NCBI GenBank assembly: GCA_038245295.1
Contig: JBBRSP010000001.1
Span: 160,001-224,000 of the forward strand
Source: Candidatus Binatia bacterium
GTDB lineage: Bacteria; Desulfobacterota; Binatia; HRBIN30
Length of the DNA: 64,000 nucleotides
Direction: 5' to 3'
The stretch's first letter is position 1. Every line of letters begins with the position of its first letter. Below the pieces are notes generated by a model, which saw nothing but the letters and a program-made list of their open reading frames with translations, made no database searches and was not told the DNA's origin. Below are positions 29,419-39,590 of this stretch, in pieces. The translations under genes and the position numbers were made by a program.

Positions 29419-32400
29419 ATGTTCGATCATCTAGTTCGTTTTGCCATTCGCAATCGTAGCGCTGTTCTCTTCTTTACGTTGGTCGTGATCATCGGCGGCT
29501 GGTCTTCGTTTCGTCAACTGACGATCGAGGCGTTCCCCGACCCGACGGATACACAGGTCAACGTCATCACCTTGTTCCCCGGCCAGGCGGCCGAGGAAGT
29601 CGAACGCCAGCTCGGCCTGCCTGTCGAGCGGGCGCTCAACGGTACGCCGGGCCTGACCCGACTGCGCAATCTGTCGCTATTCGGATTGTCGTTCGTGACA
29701 CTGACGTTTGACGACGGCATCGATCCGCTTTTTGCGCGCGCCCAGGTGCTGGAGCGGTTGCGTGACGCCGACCTGCCCGACGGAATTGCTCCGGAGCTCG
29801 GGCCACTCGCGACGCCTATCGGGGAGATCTACCGCTACACCTTGTCGGGCGCCGATCCGATGAAGCTGCGCACCCTTCAAGACTGGGTCGTGCGGCCACG
29901 ACTGTTGCGCGCCGCCGGTGTTGCCGACGTAGTCAGTTACGGCGGCTTGGTGCGCGAAATCCACGTCCAGCCGGCCCCGGCGCGTCTGGCTGCCTACGGC
30001 CTGACGATGGAGGATCTCGAAACGGCTCTAAAAAAGTCGTCGCAGAATGCCAGCGGTGGCATCCTCGAACGCGGTGACGAGCAGATCGTCATTCGCAGTG
30101 AGGGGTTGTTCAGCTCGATGGACGATATCGCCGCGGTCAACGTGGCAACCCACGAGGGCACGCCGGTTCTGGTGCGCGACGTGGCGGCGGTGACGGATGG
30201 TTGGACACCCCGTCAGGGCGTCGTGGCGCGCAACGGCGAGAACGACACGGTCGAAGGCATCGTATTGATGCGGCGTGGCGAGAATCCGTCGGTGGTCTTG
30301 CCCAAGCTGCGTGCGGCAGTCGCCGAGTTGAGTGATCGATCGCTTCCCGATACTGTGAAACTGACGCCGTTCTACGATCGTACCGAGTTGGTCGACACCA
30401 CCCTGCACACGGTCGGCCACAACCTGCTGGAGGGCGCCTTCCTGGTGACCTTCGTGTTGTTCATCTTCCTGCTCGATCTGCGCGCGGCGCTCATCGTGGC
30501 CGTGTTGATCCCGCTCTCGCTGCTCAGCGCATTCATCTACCTGCGCGTGCGCGGCATGAGCGCCAACCTGCTCAGCATGGGCGCGGTCGACTTCGGCATT
30601 ATTGTCGACGGCGCCGTGGTCATCATCGAAAACATCGTTCATAGGCTCAGCCAGGCTGAGGACGGCGAGACCTTGGTCGAGCTTTCCGGACGCGTCGAGC
30701 GGGCGGTGACGGACGTCGTGCGGCCGACCGTCTTTTCCCTGCTCATCATCATCGCCGCCTACCTGCCGATCTTTCTCCTCGAGCGCGTCGAAGGGCGCAT
30801 CTTCGCGCCGATGGCCAATACCGTCGTCGCGGCGCTTCTCGGTGCCTTGTTGTTTTCGGTGACCCTGGTCCCGGTGTTGGCGACCATGGTCTATCGCAAG
30901 CCGATTCGACATCGCGAATCGCCGATTCTGCGTTGGGTGCAGGTCTTCTACGAGCCGACGCTCGACTGGGTGTTGCGCCACTCGGGCATCGTTCTCGGCC
31001 TCAGCCTCGCCGCGCTCGTGGCGGTGGGGGCCAGCGTCGGTCAGCTCGGTTCCGAGTTCTTGCCGGCGCTCAACGAAGGCTCGCTGTGGGTGACGTTCGC
31101 GCTGCCGGCCAACGTCAGCCTGACGCGAGGGCGCAAGCTCATGCCCGAGTTACTTGGTATCCTGCGGCGTTCACCGGCGGTCGACGAGGTCATGGGTCAG
31201 CTCGGTCGTCCGGAAGATGGCACGGACCCGTCGCTGCCGAACAACCTCGAGGTGTTCGTCAAGCTCAAGCCGATGGAGCGATGGCCGGCGCACCTTCCGA
31301 CGATCGACTCGATCGTCGACGACCTGTCGGCTCAGATCGCCATGGTGCCTGGTGTCGAGGTGAACTTCTCACAACCGATCCGTGACAACGTGAACGACAG
31401 CATCTCCGGTCAGAAGGGGCAGATCGCCCTGAAGATTTACGGCGACGACTTGCGTGTCGTGCAAGAGATAGCCGACAACGCGAAGGATGCGATCGCCAAG
31501 GTTACTGGGGTGGCTGATCTCGGCATCGTCAAGAGCAACGAGATTCCACAGCTGCGCGTCCGCCCCGATCGTACGGCGCTGGCACGCTACGGCCTCGACG
31601 TCGACGACTTTCAGCACGCGTTGCAGGCGGCCCTGGGGGGACAGCAGGTGGGTGTGTTCTGGGACGGCGAAGCGCGCCACGACATCGTGTTGCGTTACCC
31701 GAGTGCGGCGCGCGACGACGATGAGAAGATTCGCAAGCTGCGCCTTGCCGTGCCGGGGGCGGCGACGGTGAGCCTCGACATGATGGCGAATGTCTCGATC
31801 ACCCACGGACGAGCGGCGATCAGCCGCGAGAATGGTCACCGCTACATAGGCCTGCGCATGAATGTGCGCGGTCGTGACCTCGGTAGCTTCGTGGACGAGG
31901 CGCGTGCCGCGGTCGACAAGGCCGTGCATCTGCCGAAGGGCGTTGGCCTCGAGTGGGGCGGTGAGTTCGAGAGCAAGGAGCGGGCGATGCACCGTCTGGA
32001 GTTGGTGGTGCCGCTGGCTCTGCTGATCACCCTGGTGCTGCTGTTCAATGCCTTCGGCCAATTCGCGCCGGCGGTGTTGGTGCTTCTCAATACACCGTTT
32101 GCGCTCATCGGCGGCGTGGTGGCGTTGGGAGCGATGGCGATGCCGCTGTCGGTGTCGGCGGCGGTCGGCTTCATTGCCTTGATCGGTCAGGCCTCGCTGA
32201 ATGGCGTTCTCGTGTTGTCGGCGATCATCGAGCGCCGCGCCGCCGGTAGCGGACTCGACGAGGCGATTCGCCAAGGTTGTCTGGATCGACTGCGCCCCGT
32301 CTTGATGACCGCGGCTCTCGCCGCCCTCGGCTTGGTGCCGGCCGCCCTGAGCCACGCGATTGGTAGCGAAGTGCAGCGACCGATCGCGGTGGTCATCGTG

Positions 32401-32520
32401 GGCGGCACGATCAGCGCCTGCTTGCTGACGCTGATCGTCTTGCCGGCGATGTATGGATTGTGGGTTCGGTTCTTAGGCCGAATGAGTAGAGGGTTGTCTA
32501 CGGTCCCAAGCGTCGATTGA
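29419..32520 (+). CDS. CusA/CzcA-family HME-RND transporter, copy 2
   Basis: Same motifs; close tandem paralogue of copy 1. Confidence 0.96.
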   Translation: MFDHLVRFAIRNRSAVLFFTLVVIIGGWSSFRQLTIEAFPDPTDTQVNVITLFPGQAAEEVERQLGLPVERALNGTPGLTRLRNLSLFGLSFVTLTFDDGIDPLFARAQVLERLRDADLPDGIAPELGPLATPIGEIYRYTLSGADPMKLRTLQDWVVRPRLLRAAGVADVVSYGGLVREIHVQPAPARLAAYGLTMEDLETALKKSSQNASGGILERGDEQIVIRSEGLFSSMDDIAAVNVATHEGTPVLVRDVAAVTDGWTPRQGVVARNGENDTVEGIVLMRRGENPSVVLPKLRAAVAELSDRSLPDTVKLTPFYDRTELVDTTLHTVGHNLLEGAFLVTFVLFIFLLDLRAALIVAVLIPLSLLSAFIYLRVRGMSANLLSMGAVDFGIIVDGAVVIIENIVHRLSQAEDGETLVELSGRVERAVTDVVRPTVFSLLIIIAAYLPIFLLERVEGRIFAPMANTVVAALLGALLFSVTLVPVLATMVYRKPIRHRESPILRWVQVFYEPTLDWVLRHSGIVLGLSLAALVAVGASVGQLGSEFLPALNEGSLWVTFALPANVSLTRGRKLMPELLGILRRSPAVDEVMGQLGRPEDGTDPSLPNNLEVFVKLKPMERWPAHLPTIDSIVDDLSAQIAMVPGVEVNFSQPIRDNVNDSISGQKGQIALKIYGDDLRVVQEIADNAKDAIAKVTGVADLGIVKSNEIPQLRVRPDRTALARYGLDVDDFQHALQAALGGQQVGVFWDGEARHDIVLRYPSAARDDDEKIRKLRLAVPGAATVSLDMMANVSITHGRAAISRENGHRYIGLRMNVRGRDLGSFVDEARAAVDKAVHLPKGVGLEWGGEFESKERAMHRLELVVPLALLITLVLLFNAFGQFAPAVLVLLNTPFALIGGVVALGAMAMPLSVSAAVGFIALIGQASLNGVLVLSAIIERRAAGSGLDEAIRQGCLDRLRPVLMTAALAALGLVPAALSHAIGSEVQRPIAVVIVGGTISACLLTLIVLPAMYGLWVRFLGRMSRGLSTVPSVD

Positions 32521-32636
32521 GCCCGTCCGCGGTGCATATGCCGCCTGCACCAAACTTTCGAGGCGCCCCGCATCCGCATATTTGAGCAGGTGCGAAAAAT
32601 TAGAGCAGCTATCCCGTTCCGTCGCCTCACGTTTGA

Positions 32637-33083
<447 letters not shown>

Positions 33084-33100
33084 TCTGAAAGGTGGAGGGT

Positions 33101-34807
33101 ATGCGAAACGATCGAGCAAAAGTGGTGTTCACGGTGAGACGGCGTCTGGCATTCGCCGTCTCTGCCCTGGCTGTGATGGCAACGACTGCGCTTCTGCCGA
33201 AGCAGAGCTGGGCGGAGGATGCACCGGCGGTTCCGGGCTATTTCAGTGGGGCCAACACGGATCCCGCGAAGCCCACGTGGCCCGATCCAACGGGTGGAGC
33301 AACGGGCGTGTGGGCGACTCCGGCCGGAGATGCCAAGGGCGATGTGCCGTCGACGTTGTCGGTGGCCGACGTTTACGACCGGGTGGCGCACAATCTGGTG
33401 TCCATCAACATGATGTGGGTGCTGATCGCCGGGTTCCTGGTGATGTTCATGCAGGCCGGCTTCATGATGGTGGAAGTTGGCTTGTGCCGCGCCAAGAACG
33501 CGTCGCACACATCGGCCATGAACTTCATGGTGTACCCCCTCGGTTGCCTGGCCTTCTGGGCCTACGGTTTTGCGATCGGGTGGGGCAACTGGTTCAACGG
33601 CCCGGTACCTCCGGGCTGGTACGCATCGCTCGGGCCCGGCCTATCGGTGCTCAACAGCGGTATCGGGATCGGTGGTGACGGCGGCAATATCTTCACCTAC
33701 GGGCTCATGGGGACGAAAGGGTTCTTCCTGGGCTCCGGTGTTACCGACGTCAGTGTCATGGCGATGTTCTTCTTCATGATGGTGTTCATGGACACCACGG
33801 CGACGATCCCCACCGGTGCGATGGCGGAACGCTGGGCGTGGCGTAACTTCATCATCTTCGCCCTCTGGGTCGCTTTGCCCTACTGCCTGTTCGCCAACTG
33901 GGTATGGGGCGGCGGCTGGCTGGCCCAGGCCGGGCTCAACTGGGGACTTGGTCATGGTGCCGTCGACTTTGCCGGCTCCGGTGTCGTGCACGCCATGGGC
34001 GGGTTCATCGGCCTGGCGGGTGCGATGGTCCTCGGGCCACGGCTGGGTAAGTTCGTCAATGGAAAACCGCAGGCGATCCCCGGACACAGCATCCCGATGG
34101 TCGTCGCTGGAACGTTCATCCTCGCCTTCGGTTGGTTCGGGTTCAACCCGGGTTCAACTCTGTCTGGAACCGATCTGCGCATCAGCTTCGTAGTTGTAAA
34201 CACGATGCTGGCGAGCATCACGGGCGCGATTGGTGCGATGGCCTGTCTGGAGTTCAAGGGACTCAAACACGATCCGTCGATGCTCTGTAACGGAATGCTC
34301 GCCGGTCTCGTGGCGATTACGGCACCGTGCGCCTTCGTTGACCCGTGGGCGGCGGCTCTAATTGGCCTGATCGGCGGGGTGCTTGTCGTTTACTCAGTCC
34401 TCTTCTGGGAGAACGCGGGCATCGACGATCCGGTTGGCGCGATATCTGTCCATGGTATCAACGGCCTGTGGGGTCTGATCTCGCTCGGAATCTTCGCCAA
34501 CGGCGCCTACGGCGCGGGTTGGAATGGTGTGGTTCGCGACGAATTCGTCAAACTCTACGGATCTGATGGCGTTCGTGGCCTGCTGTACGGCGACCCGTCC
34601 CAGTTTGTCGCTCAGTTGTTGGATGCTGTAGTCGTGGCGGTCTTTGGTTTCGCCATGGCGTATGTCTGGTTCAAGCTCAGCGACAAGATCACGCCGATTC
34701 GCGTCTCCGAGGAAGTCGAATACGAAGGTCTCGACATCCCCGAAGTCGGCGCACCGGCATACCCAGACTTCGCCACCCACAAGGGTGGACGAAGCATGGT
34801 TGGTTAA
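33101..34807 (+). CDS. amtB: Ammonium transporter
   Basis: FMQAGF, DFAGSGVVH, GWFGFNPGS, DDPVGAISVHG (both His retained). Confidence 0.97.
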   Translation: MRNDRAKVVFTVRRRLAFAVSALAVMATTALLPKQSWAEDAPAVPGYFSGANTDPAKPTWPDPTGGATGVWATPAGDAKGDVPSTLSVADVYDRVAHNLVSINMMWVLIAGFLVMFMQAGFMMVEVGLCRAKNASHTSAMNFMVYPLGCLAFWAYGFAIGWGNWFNGPVPPGWYASLGPGLSVLNSGIGIGGDGGNIFTYGLMGTKGFFLGSGVTDVSVMAMFFFMMVFMDTTATIPTGAMAERWAWRNFIIFALWVALPYCLFANWVWGGGWLAQAGLNWGLGHGAVDFAGSGVVHAMGGFIGLAGAMVLGPRLGKFVNGKPQAIPGHSIPMVVAGTFILAFGWFGFNPGSTLSGTDLRISFVVVNTMLASITGAIGAMACLEFKGLKHDPSMLCNGMLAGLVAITAPCAFVDPWAAALIGLIGGVLVVYSVLFWENAGIDDPVGAISVHGINGLWGLISLGIFANGAYGAGWNGVVRDEFVKLYGSDGVRGLLYGDPSQFVAQLLDAVVVAVFGFAMAYVWFKLSDKITPIRVSEEVEYEGLDIPEVGAPAYPDFATHKGGRSMVG

Positions 34808-34830
34808 CCTCGCCTCTCCTTCCCTCCGTC

Positions 34831-34869
34831 GACCGGGCCACAATCGTATCCTGCGGTTGTGGCCCGGTT
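34831..34869 (+). terminator. Strong hairpin after amtB (no clear U-tract)
   Basis: accgggccacaatcg pairs with cggttgtggcccggt. Confidence 0.5.
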
Positions 34870-34912
34870 CGCATTCGGCATAGAGGAGTATGACGACAAT
34901 GAGTGGCCGAGC

Positions 34913-36316
34913 ATGAACGACAATAGGCATCTTCAAGAGGCGCTGCGCTCAAAGCATCAGGCGGGTGCGGCCAGGCGCCATTGGCTTGCGGCCGGTAGCA
35001 TTGCTCTGCTGCTCCTTGCTGCCCCCGCCTTCGCCGAAGGATCGGACGGCGGTGCTCATAGTGACCCCGTGGCCTCGGTAGGTATCGCCCTGGTTGTCAT
35101 TCTGACCGCGGCCAAACTGGGCTCCGAGCTCTCCACGCGCGTCGGTCAGCCCGGTGTGCTGGGTGAGCTCCTCGCCGGCGTCATTCTGGGCAATCTGATT
35201 CTCCTTGGCTTTCACGGCGTCGAGCACATCGCGTCGGACCAGTTCGTCGACATGTTGGCGCGCATCGGCGCTCTCATCCTCCTGTTCGAGGTCGGCCTGG
35301 AGTCGACCATCAGCCAGATGCTCAAAGTAGGTCTTTCGTCCTTCGTCGTCGCGACCCTGGGCGTCATCGCGCCGTTCATCCTGGGGTACGGTGTCGGACG
35401 GTACTTTCTACCCAGCGCGAGCCCTTACGTGTCCGTTTTCCTCGGCGCCACGCTGACGGCGACCAGCGTCGGCATCACGGCACGCGTGCTGAAGGACCTG
35501 GGGGCGGCGCAGAGCAACGAGGGGCGCATCATCCTCGGTGCCGCGGTGATCGATGACGTGATGGGCCTGGTGATCCTGGCAGGTGTAACGGGAATTATTG
35601 CGGCAGCAAACACCGGCGGCACGCTGTCGTACATCGACATCGGCATCACTCTCGCCAAGGCGATAGGATTTCTGGTCGGCTCTGTCGTGTTGGGCGTATA
35701 CTTGTCGCCGCGAATGTTTTCCGTCGCGTCGCACCTCCAATCGCGCGGCGTTCTCCTGGCCCTTGGCCTAGCATTCTGTTTCCTGCTGTCGTGGATCGCC
35801 GCGGCGGTTGGTCTGGCGGCAATTGTCGGTGCCTTCGCCGCCGGCCTAATCCTGGAGGACGTGCACTACAGTGATTTTACGGAACGCGGGGAGCGCGGGC
35901 TAGCCGAGTTGATCCATCCGATCTCGTCGTTTCTCGTGCCGATTTTCTTCGTGCTCATGGGCATGCGCACCGATCTGCGATCCTTTCTCCAGCCGGGTGT
36001 GCTTGGCCTGGCCTCGGCGCTGACCATCGCGGCGATCCTCGGCAAGCAGGTGTGTGCCTTCGGCGTGATCGGACGCGGCGTTGATCGGCTGACAGTCGGT
36101 GTGGGAATGATTCCTCGCGGCGAAGTCGGACTGATCTTCGCAAATATCGGGCTGACCCTCACCGTGGCGGGCACGCGCATCATCGACCAGGCGAGCTTTT
36201 CGGCGGTCGTCGTCATGGTGATCGTGACCACAGTAGTGACACCGCCCGCACTCAAATGGGCTCTCGCCCGCGCGGCGCGCAAAGGGACAGCGGGGATCGA
36301 CGGCATAACCGCGTGA
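34913..36316 (+). CDS. Cation:proton antiporter (CPA2/NapA-like)
   Basis: GQPGVLGELLAG, ATSVGITARVL, AAVIDDV, GMIPRGEV motifs. Confidence 0.93.
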   Translation: MNDNRHLQEALRSKHQAGAARRHWLAAGSIALLLLAAPAFAEGSDGGAHSDPVASVGIALVVILTAAKLGSELSTRVGQPGVLGELLAGVILGNLILLGFHGVEHIASDQFVDMLARIGALILLFEVGLESTISQMLKVGLSSFVVATLGVIAPFILGYGVGRYFLPSASPYVSVFLGATLTATSVGITARVLKDLGAAQSNEGRIILGAAVIDDVMGLVILAGVTGIIAAANTGGTLSYIDIGITLAKAIGFLVGSVVLGVYLSPRMFSVASHLQSRGVLLALGLAFCFLLSWIAAAVGLAAIVGAFAAGLILEDVHYSDFTERGERGLAELIHPISSFLVPIFFVLMGMRTDLRSFLQPGVLGLASALTIAAILGKQVCAFGVIGRGVDRLTVGVGMIPRGEVGLIFANIGLTLTVAGTRIIDQASFSAVVVMVIVTTVVTPPALKWALARAARKGTAGIDGITA

Positions 36317-36410
36317 AGCGCGGTCCCTGGGCTCGGCGCCCCTGCAACATTAGCGAGTTCATTGCGTCGGGCCTCCCGTTCAGGTAACCGCGCTGGTGCA
36401 GGAGGATCAC

Positions 36411-36656
36411 GTGTCGGAAGAAGAAGATCTCAAAGCTCAACTCGCCCGCCTCAAGGCGGAGAACGAATCCCTCAAGCAGCGTCAAACCAAGGGCCTGTCC
36501 CTGCGCGTCAGCGAAAAGGGCGGCCTATCGGTGTATGGCCTCGGCCGTTTCCCGGTGACTCTCTACAAAGAACAGTGGGCCCGGCTGCTGGATATGGCTG
36601 ACGACATCCGTCAGTTCCTCAAGGAGAATGACGACAAACTGAAGTCGCGCGAGTAG
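36411..36656 (+). CDS. Small hypothetical protein (coiled coil plus KGGLSVYGLGRFPVTLY motif)
   Basis: GGAGG RBS, GTG start. Confidence 0.8.
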   Translation: MSEEEDLKAQLARLKAENESLKQRQTKGLSLRVSEKGGLSVYGLGRFPVTLYKEQWARLLDMADDIRQFLKENDDKLKSRE

Positions 36657-36667
36657 AGGGTCCAGCC

Positions 36668-37045
36668 GTGGCCGCCAAATCACCGGAAGAGGTCGATGCC
36701 CAGTTCGAGCGTTGTCTGAACGCTGGCGACGTCGACGGCGTCGTTGCTCTCTACGAACCGCAAGCAACCTTCGTTGGGCAAGAGGGCCCACCGGCAATTG
36801 GCCACGCGGCCATTCGTGCCGCGGTGGCCGCCTTTGCGGCAATGAAACCCAAGCTGAAGATGGGGGGCACCAAGATCGTCCCTGCCACCGCCAATCTGGC
36901 CGTGAGCTACAACGACTGGAGTATGACGGCGACCGGACCCGACGGTGCTCCGCTGGCCCTCAGCGGTAAGGCCACTGAGATCGTCCGCCGCCAGCCTGAC
37001 GGTAGCTGGCTGTTCGTCCTCGACGATCCCAACATGCGGGGGTGA
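36668..37045 (+). CDS. NTF2/SnoaL-like (DUF4440/YybH-type) protein
   Basis: GDVDGVVALYE and RRQPDGSWLFVLD motifs. Confidence 0.85.
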   Translation: MAAKSPEEVDAQFERCLNAGDVDGVVALYEPQATFVGQEGPPAIGHAAIRAAVAAFAAMKPKLKMGGTKIVPATANLAVSYNDWSMTATGPDGAPLALSGKATEIVRRQPDGSWLFVLDDPNMRG

Positions 37046-37060
37046 GACAGATTCCGTCGA

Positions 37061-37161
37061 TGTCGGGCAAGGGCACGGGCGAAGGCCAGGTGCTGGATTC
37101 GCCTGATGGGCTGCGGGAAGCGCCATTCCAATCTTAAACTTGCCCGTGCCCGTGCCCGGCA
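37061..37161. repeat. Inverted repeat of GGGCAC hexamers
   Basis: gggcaagggcacgggc pairs with gcccgtgcccgtgccc. Confidence 0.6.
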
Positions 37162-37223
37162 AAAGCCGATATCCAAGCGCGCGGCTGGAGTAGTGTCCCC
37201 ACTCCGACTATTGTTCTCAATCT

Positions 37224-38267
37224 GTGCCTGAATCGATCGTCAGCATTACTCGCGTCGCCTCCGGCGTTGGGCGTGACGCCGTGTTTGCGGCGGTGCGCCA
37301 GGCCATGGAGTTGGCGGACTGGCAAGCCGCCATTCCCCGCGGCGCCGACGTCGCCCTCAAACCCAATCTAGGTTGGGATCTCCTGCTGCCGGGTTCTACG
37401 ACGTCTCCCTGGGTGCTCGAAGGGGTCGTACGGACAATCCGCGACTGGGTCGGTACGATCTACGTCGTCGAGTCCAACCAGGTCGTGGTTGACGTGGAGA
37501 AAGCCTTCCGGCTGAGTCGCATCGATCGTGTCTGCGACGAGTATGGCCTGCGGTGGACCAACATGACGGATATGCCGCTCGTTGAAGTCGATTTGCCGAA
37601 CGGTCGTGTGTTGAAGAAGGTCCTCGTGCCGGAGGTCCTCCTGCGCACCAAGCTCATCACGATTCCGGTGATGAAGACGCACAACAAGACGACGATTACC
37701 GGTGCCATCAAGAACCAGTGGGGCTGCCTGCCGATGTTTCGGCACAACTATCATCTGGTCCTCGACGCAGCCCTCGCCGACATCAACAGCGTGTCGCGGC
37801 CGGTGTTTGCGGTCATGGACGCAACCGTCGGCCTCGAGGGCGACAGCCCCAAGTCGGGCATCCCTCGTGTGGTCGACCGTATCCTGGCCGCCGCCGACGC
37901 CGTCGCCCTTGATGCGGTCGCCGCCAAGATCATGGGCTTCGATCCGGCGTTGATTGGCCACTTGAGCGAATGTGTCGCCGCCGGGTTGGGCACGTCCGAC
38001 CTGAAACGAATTCGGGTGCGCGGCAGCGACGACCTCAATCTCAACCTGCGCTTCATCCCGGCCGCCCACAATCTCGTGTCGCGCTTCGAGCTGCTGTTGC
38101 GCCGTCGCGCCTTCTTGCGGCCGTTGTTCTTCGACACGCCATTGTTCGACGTTTGTTGTCGTCTCACCGTCGCATACTACGACGTGTGGTACTCCCTACT
38201 CGGCATCGGGCGCCGCCGTTGCGACAAGATTCTTTCCGAAACCGCCTACGGCGAGCAGTGGCGCTGA
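37224..38267 (+). CDS. DUF362 family protein
   Basis: VALKPN, PVMKTH..TGAIKNQWG, DAVALD motifs. Confidence 0.85.
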   Translation: MPESIVSITRVASGVGRDAVFAAVRQAMELADWQAAIPRGADVALKPNLGWDLLLPGSTTSPWVLEGVVRTIRDWVGTIYVVESNQVVVDVEKAFRLSRIDRVCDEYGLRWTNMTDMPLVEVDLPNGRVLKKVLVPEVLLRTKLITIPVMKTHNKTTITGAIKNQWGCLPMFRHNYHLVLDAALADINSVSRPVFAVMDATVGLEGDSPKSGIPRVVDRILAAADAVALDAVAAKIMGFDPALIGHLSECVAAGLGTSDLKRIRVRGSDDLNLNLRFIPAAHNLVSRFELLLRRRAFLRPLFFDTPLFDVCCRLTVAYYDVWYSLLGIGRRRCDKILSETAYGEQWR

Positions 38268-38282
38268 AGGCTGACGACGAGC

Positions 38283-39590
38283 ATGCGAATCGGCATCATT
38301 GGTGGTGGCGTCGCCGGACTCGGCGCGGCATATTTTCTGTCGCGCGACGGCCATCAGGTGGAGGTCTTCGAACGCGCGCCGGAGCTGGGCGGCCTCGCCG
38401 GTAGTTTCGATTTTGACGGCATCGAGGTCGAAAAGTACTACCACTTCATCTGCCGCGACGATGTCGACCTGCTCGAGATGGCGCAGGCGCTGGGGCTGGG
38501 AGACGAAATCGAGTGGCAGCCCGGCCGTATGCGTTTCTTCTGCGCCGGCAAACTCTACCGCTTCGAGATGCCTTGGGATTTGCTGCGCTTCACACCCCTG
38601 TCGCTCGTCGAGCGGATCCGTTTTGGGCTGTGCGTCGCCCTGTCGCGCAAGAGCGGCGCCACCGCGGATCTCGACAACATCACGGCGCGCGACTGGCTGG
38701 TGGCGCAGATCGGCGAGCATGCCTACCAGATCGTCTGGGAACCGCTGCTGCGGTTGAAATTTGGTAGCGACCGTGACCGCGTCTCCGCTTCGTGGATTTG
38801 CCACCGCATCCATCGAGTCGCACGCTCGCGCCGTCATCTGCTGGCGCGCGAGGATCTCGGCTTCTTGCGTCGCGGCACTCCCGTTCTGCTGGAACGACTC
38901 GTCGAGCAACTGCGGCGCGCCGAGGTGGGTTTGCACACCGCCACCGTAGTCGACTCGTTGACCTTTCACGACGGCGCCGCGAGCGGCCTCGTCGTGGCCG
39001 GGGCGGAGCGCCGCTTCGATGCGCTGGTCTCAACGGCGCCGCTGCCGATTTTGGCGTCGCTGCTCGGGGCGGAAGCGGCGGCACGTCTGCCGGGGATCAA
39101 TAGCGTCCGCTACAGTGCCGTTGTTTGCCTCATTTTGAAATTGCGCCGGCCGCTCACCGATGGCTTCTGGATCAATACCCACGATCCGCGCGTGCCCTTC
39201 GCCGGCTTCATCGAGTATACCAACCTGAACCCGCGCCGCGATGCCGACTCGCCGCACATCGCCTACGTTCCGTTCTACCTGCCGCCGGAGTCGGAACGCC
39301 TGACCATGTCCGACGAGCAGATCTATCGCGACTGCCTCGAAGGCTTACGCGTGGTGGTTCCGGAATTCGGTGAATACTGGGTGCTTGGTTATCGCGTCTT
39401 TCGCGATCGCTACGCCCAGGCGGTTTGCACCGTTGGGTTCGGCCGCGCCTTACCGCCCGTCGCGTCGCCGATCCCCAGACTCTACGTGACCGATTCGACG
39501 CAGCTTTATCCCAGCGATCGCACCATCAGCGGCATGTTGGGGCAAGCGAAACGCGTCGCCGCCCTTATCCGCAATCCCGCGCTCACTTAG
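38283..39590 (+). CDS. FAD-dependent oxidoreductase (HemY/amine-oxidase-like)
   Basis: IIGGGVAGL..E..GGLAGS Rossmann fold; YPSDRTIS C-terminal motif. Confidence 0.88.
   Translation: MRIGIIGGGVAGLGAAYFLSRDGHQVEVFERAPELGGLAGSFDFDGIEVEKYYHFICRDDVDLLEMAQALGLGDEIEWQPGRMRFFCAGKLYRFEMPWDLLRFTPLSLVERIRFGLCVALSRKSGATADLDNITARDWLVAQIGEHAYQIVWEPLLRLKFGSDRDRVSASWICHRIHRVARSRRHLLAREDLGFLRRGTPVLLERLVEQLRRAEVGLHTATVVDSLTFHDGAASGLVVAGAERRFDALVSTAPLPILASLLGAEAAARLPGINSVRYSAVVCLILKLRRPLTDGFWINTHDPRVPFAGFIEYTNLNPRRDADSPHIAYVPFYLPPESERLTMSDEQIYRDCLEGLRVVVPEFGEYWVLGYRVFRDRYAQAVCTVGFGRALPPVASPIPRLYVTDSTQLYPSDRTISGMLGQAKRVAALIRNPALT

Noticed and set aside
26593..29430. 945-aa ORF on the minus strand
   Set aside because: Antisense shadow of the well-supported CzcA gene in high-GC DNA, with no protein motifs; the same applies to most overlapping ORFs in the track
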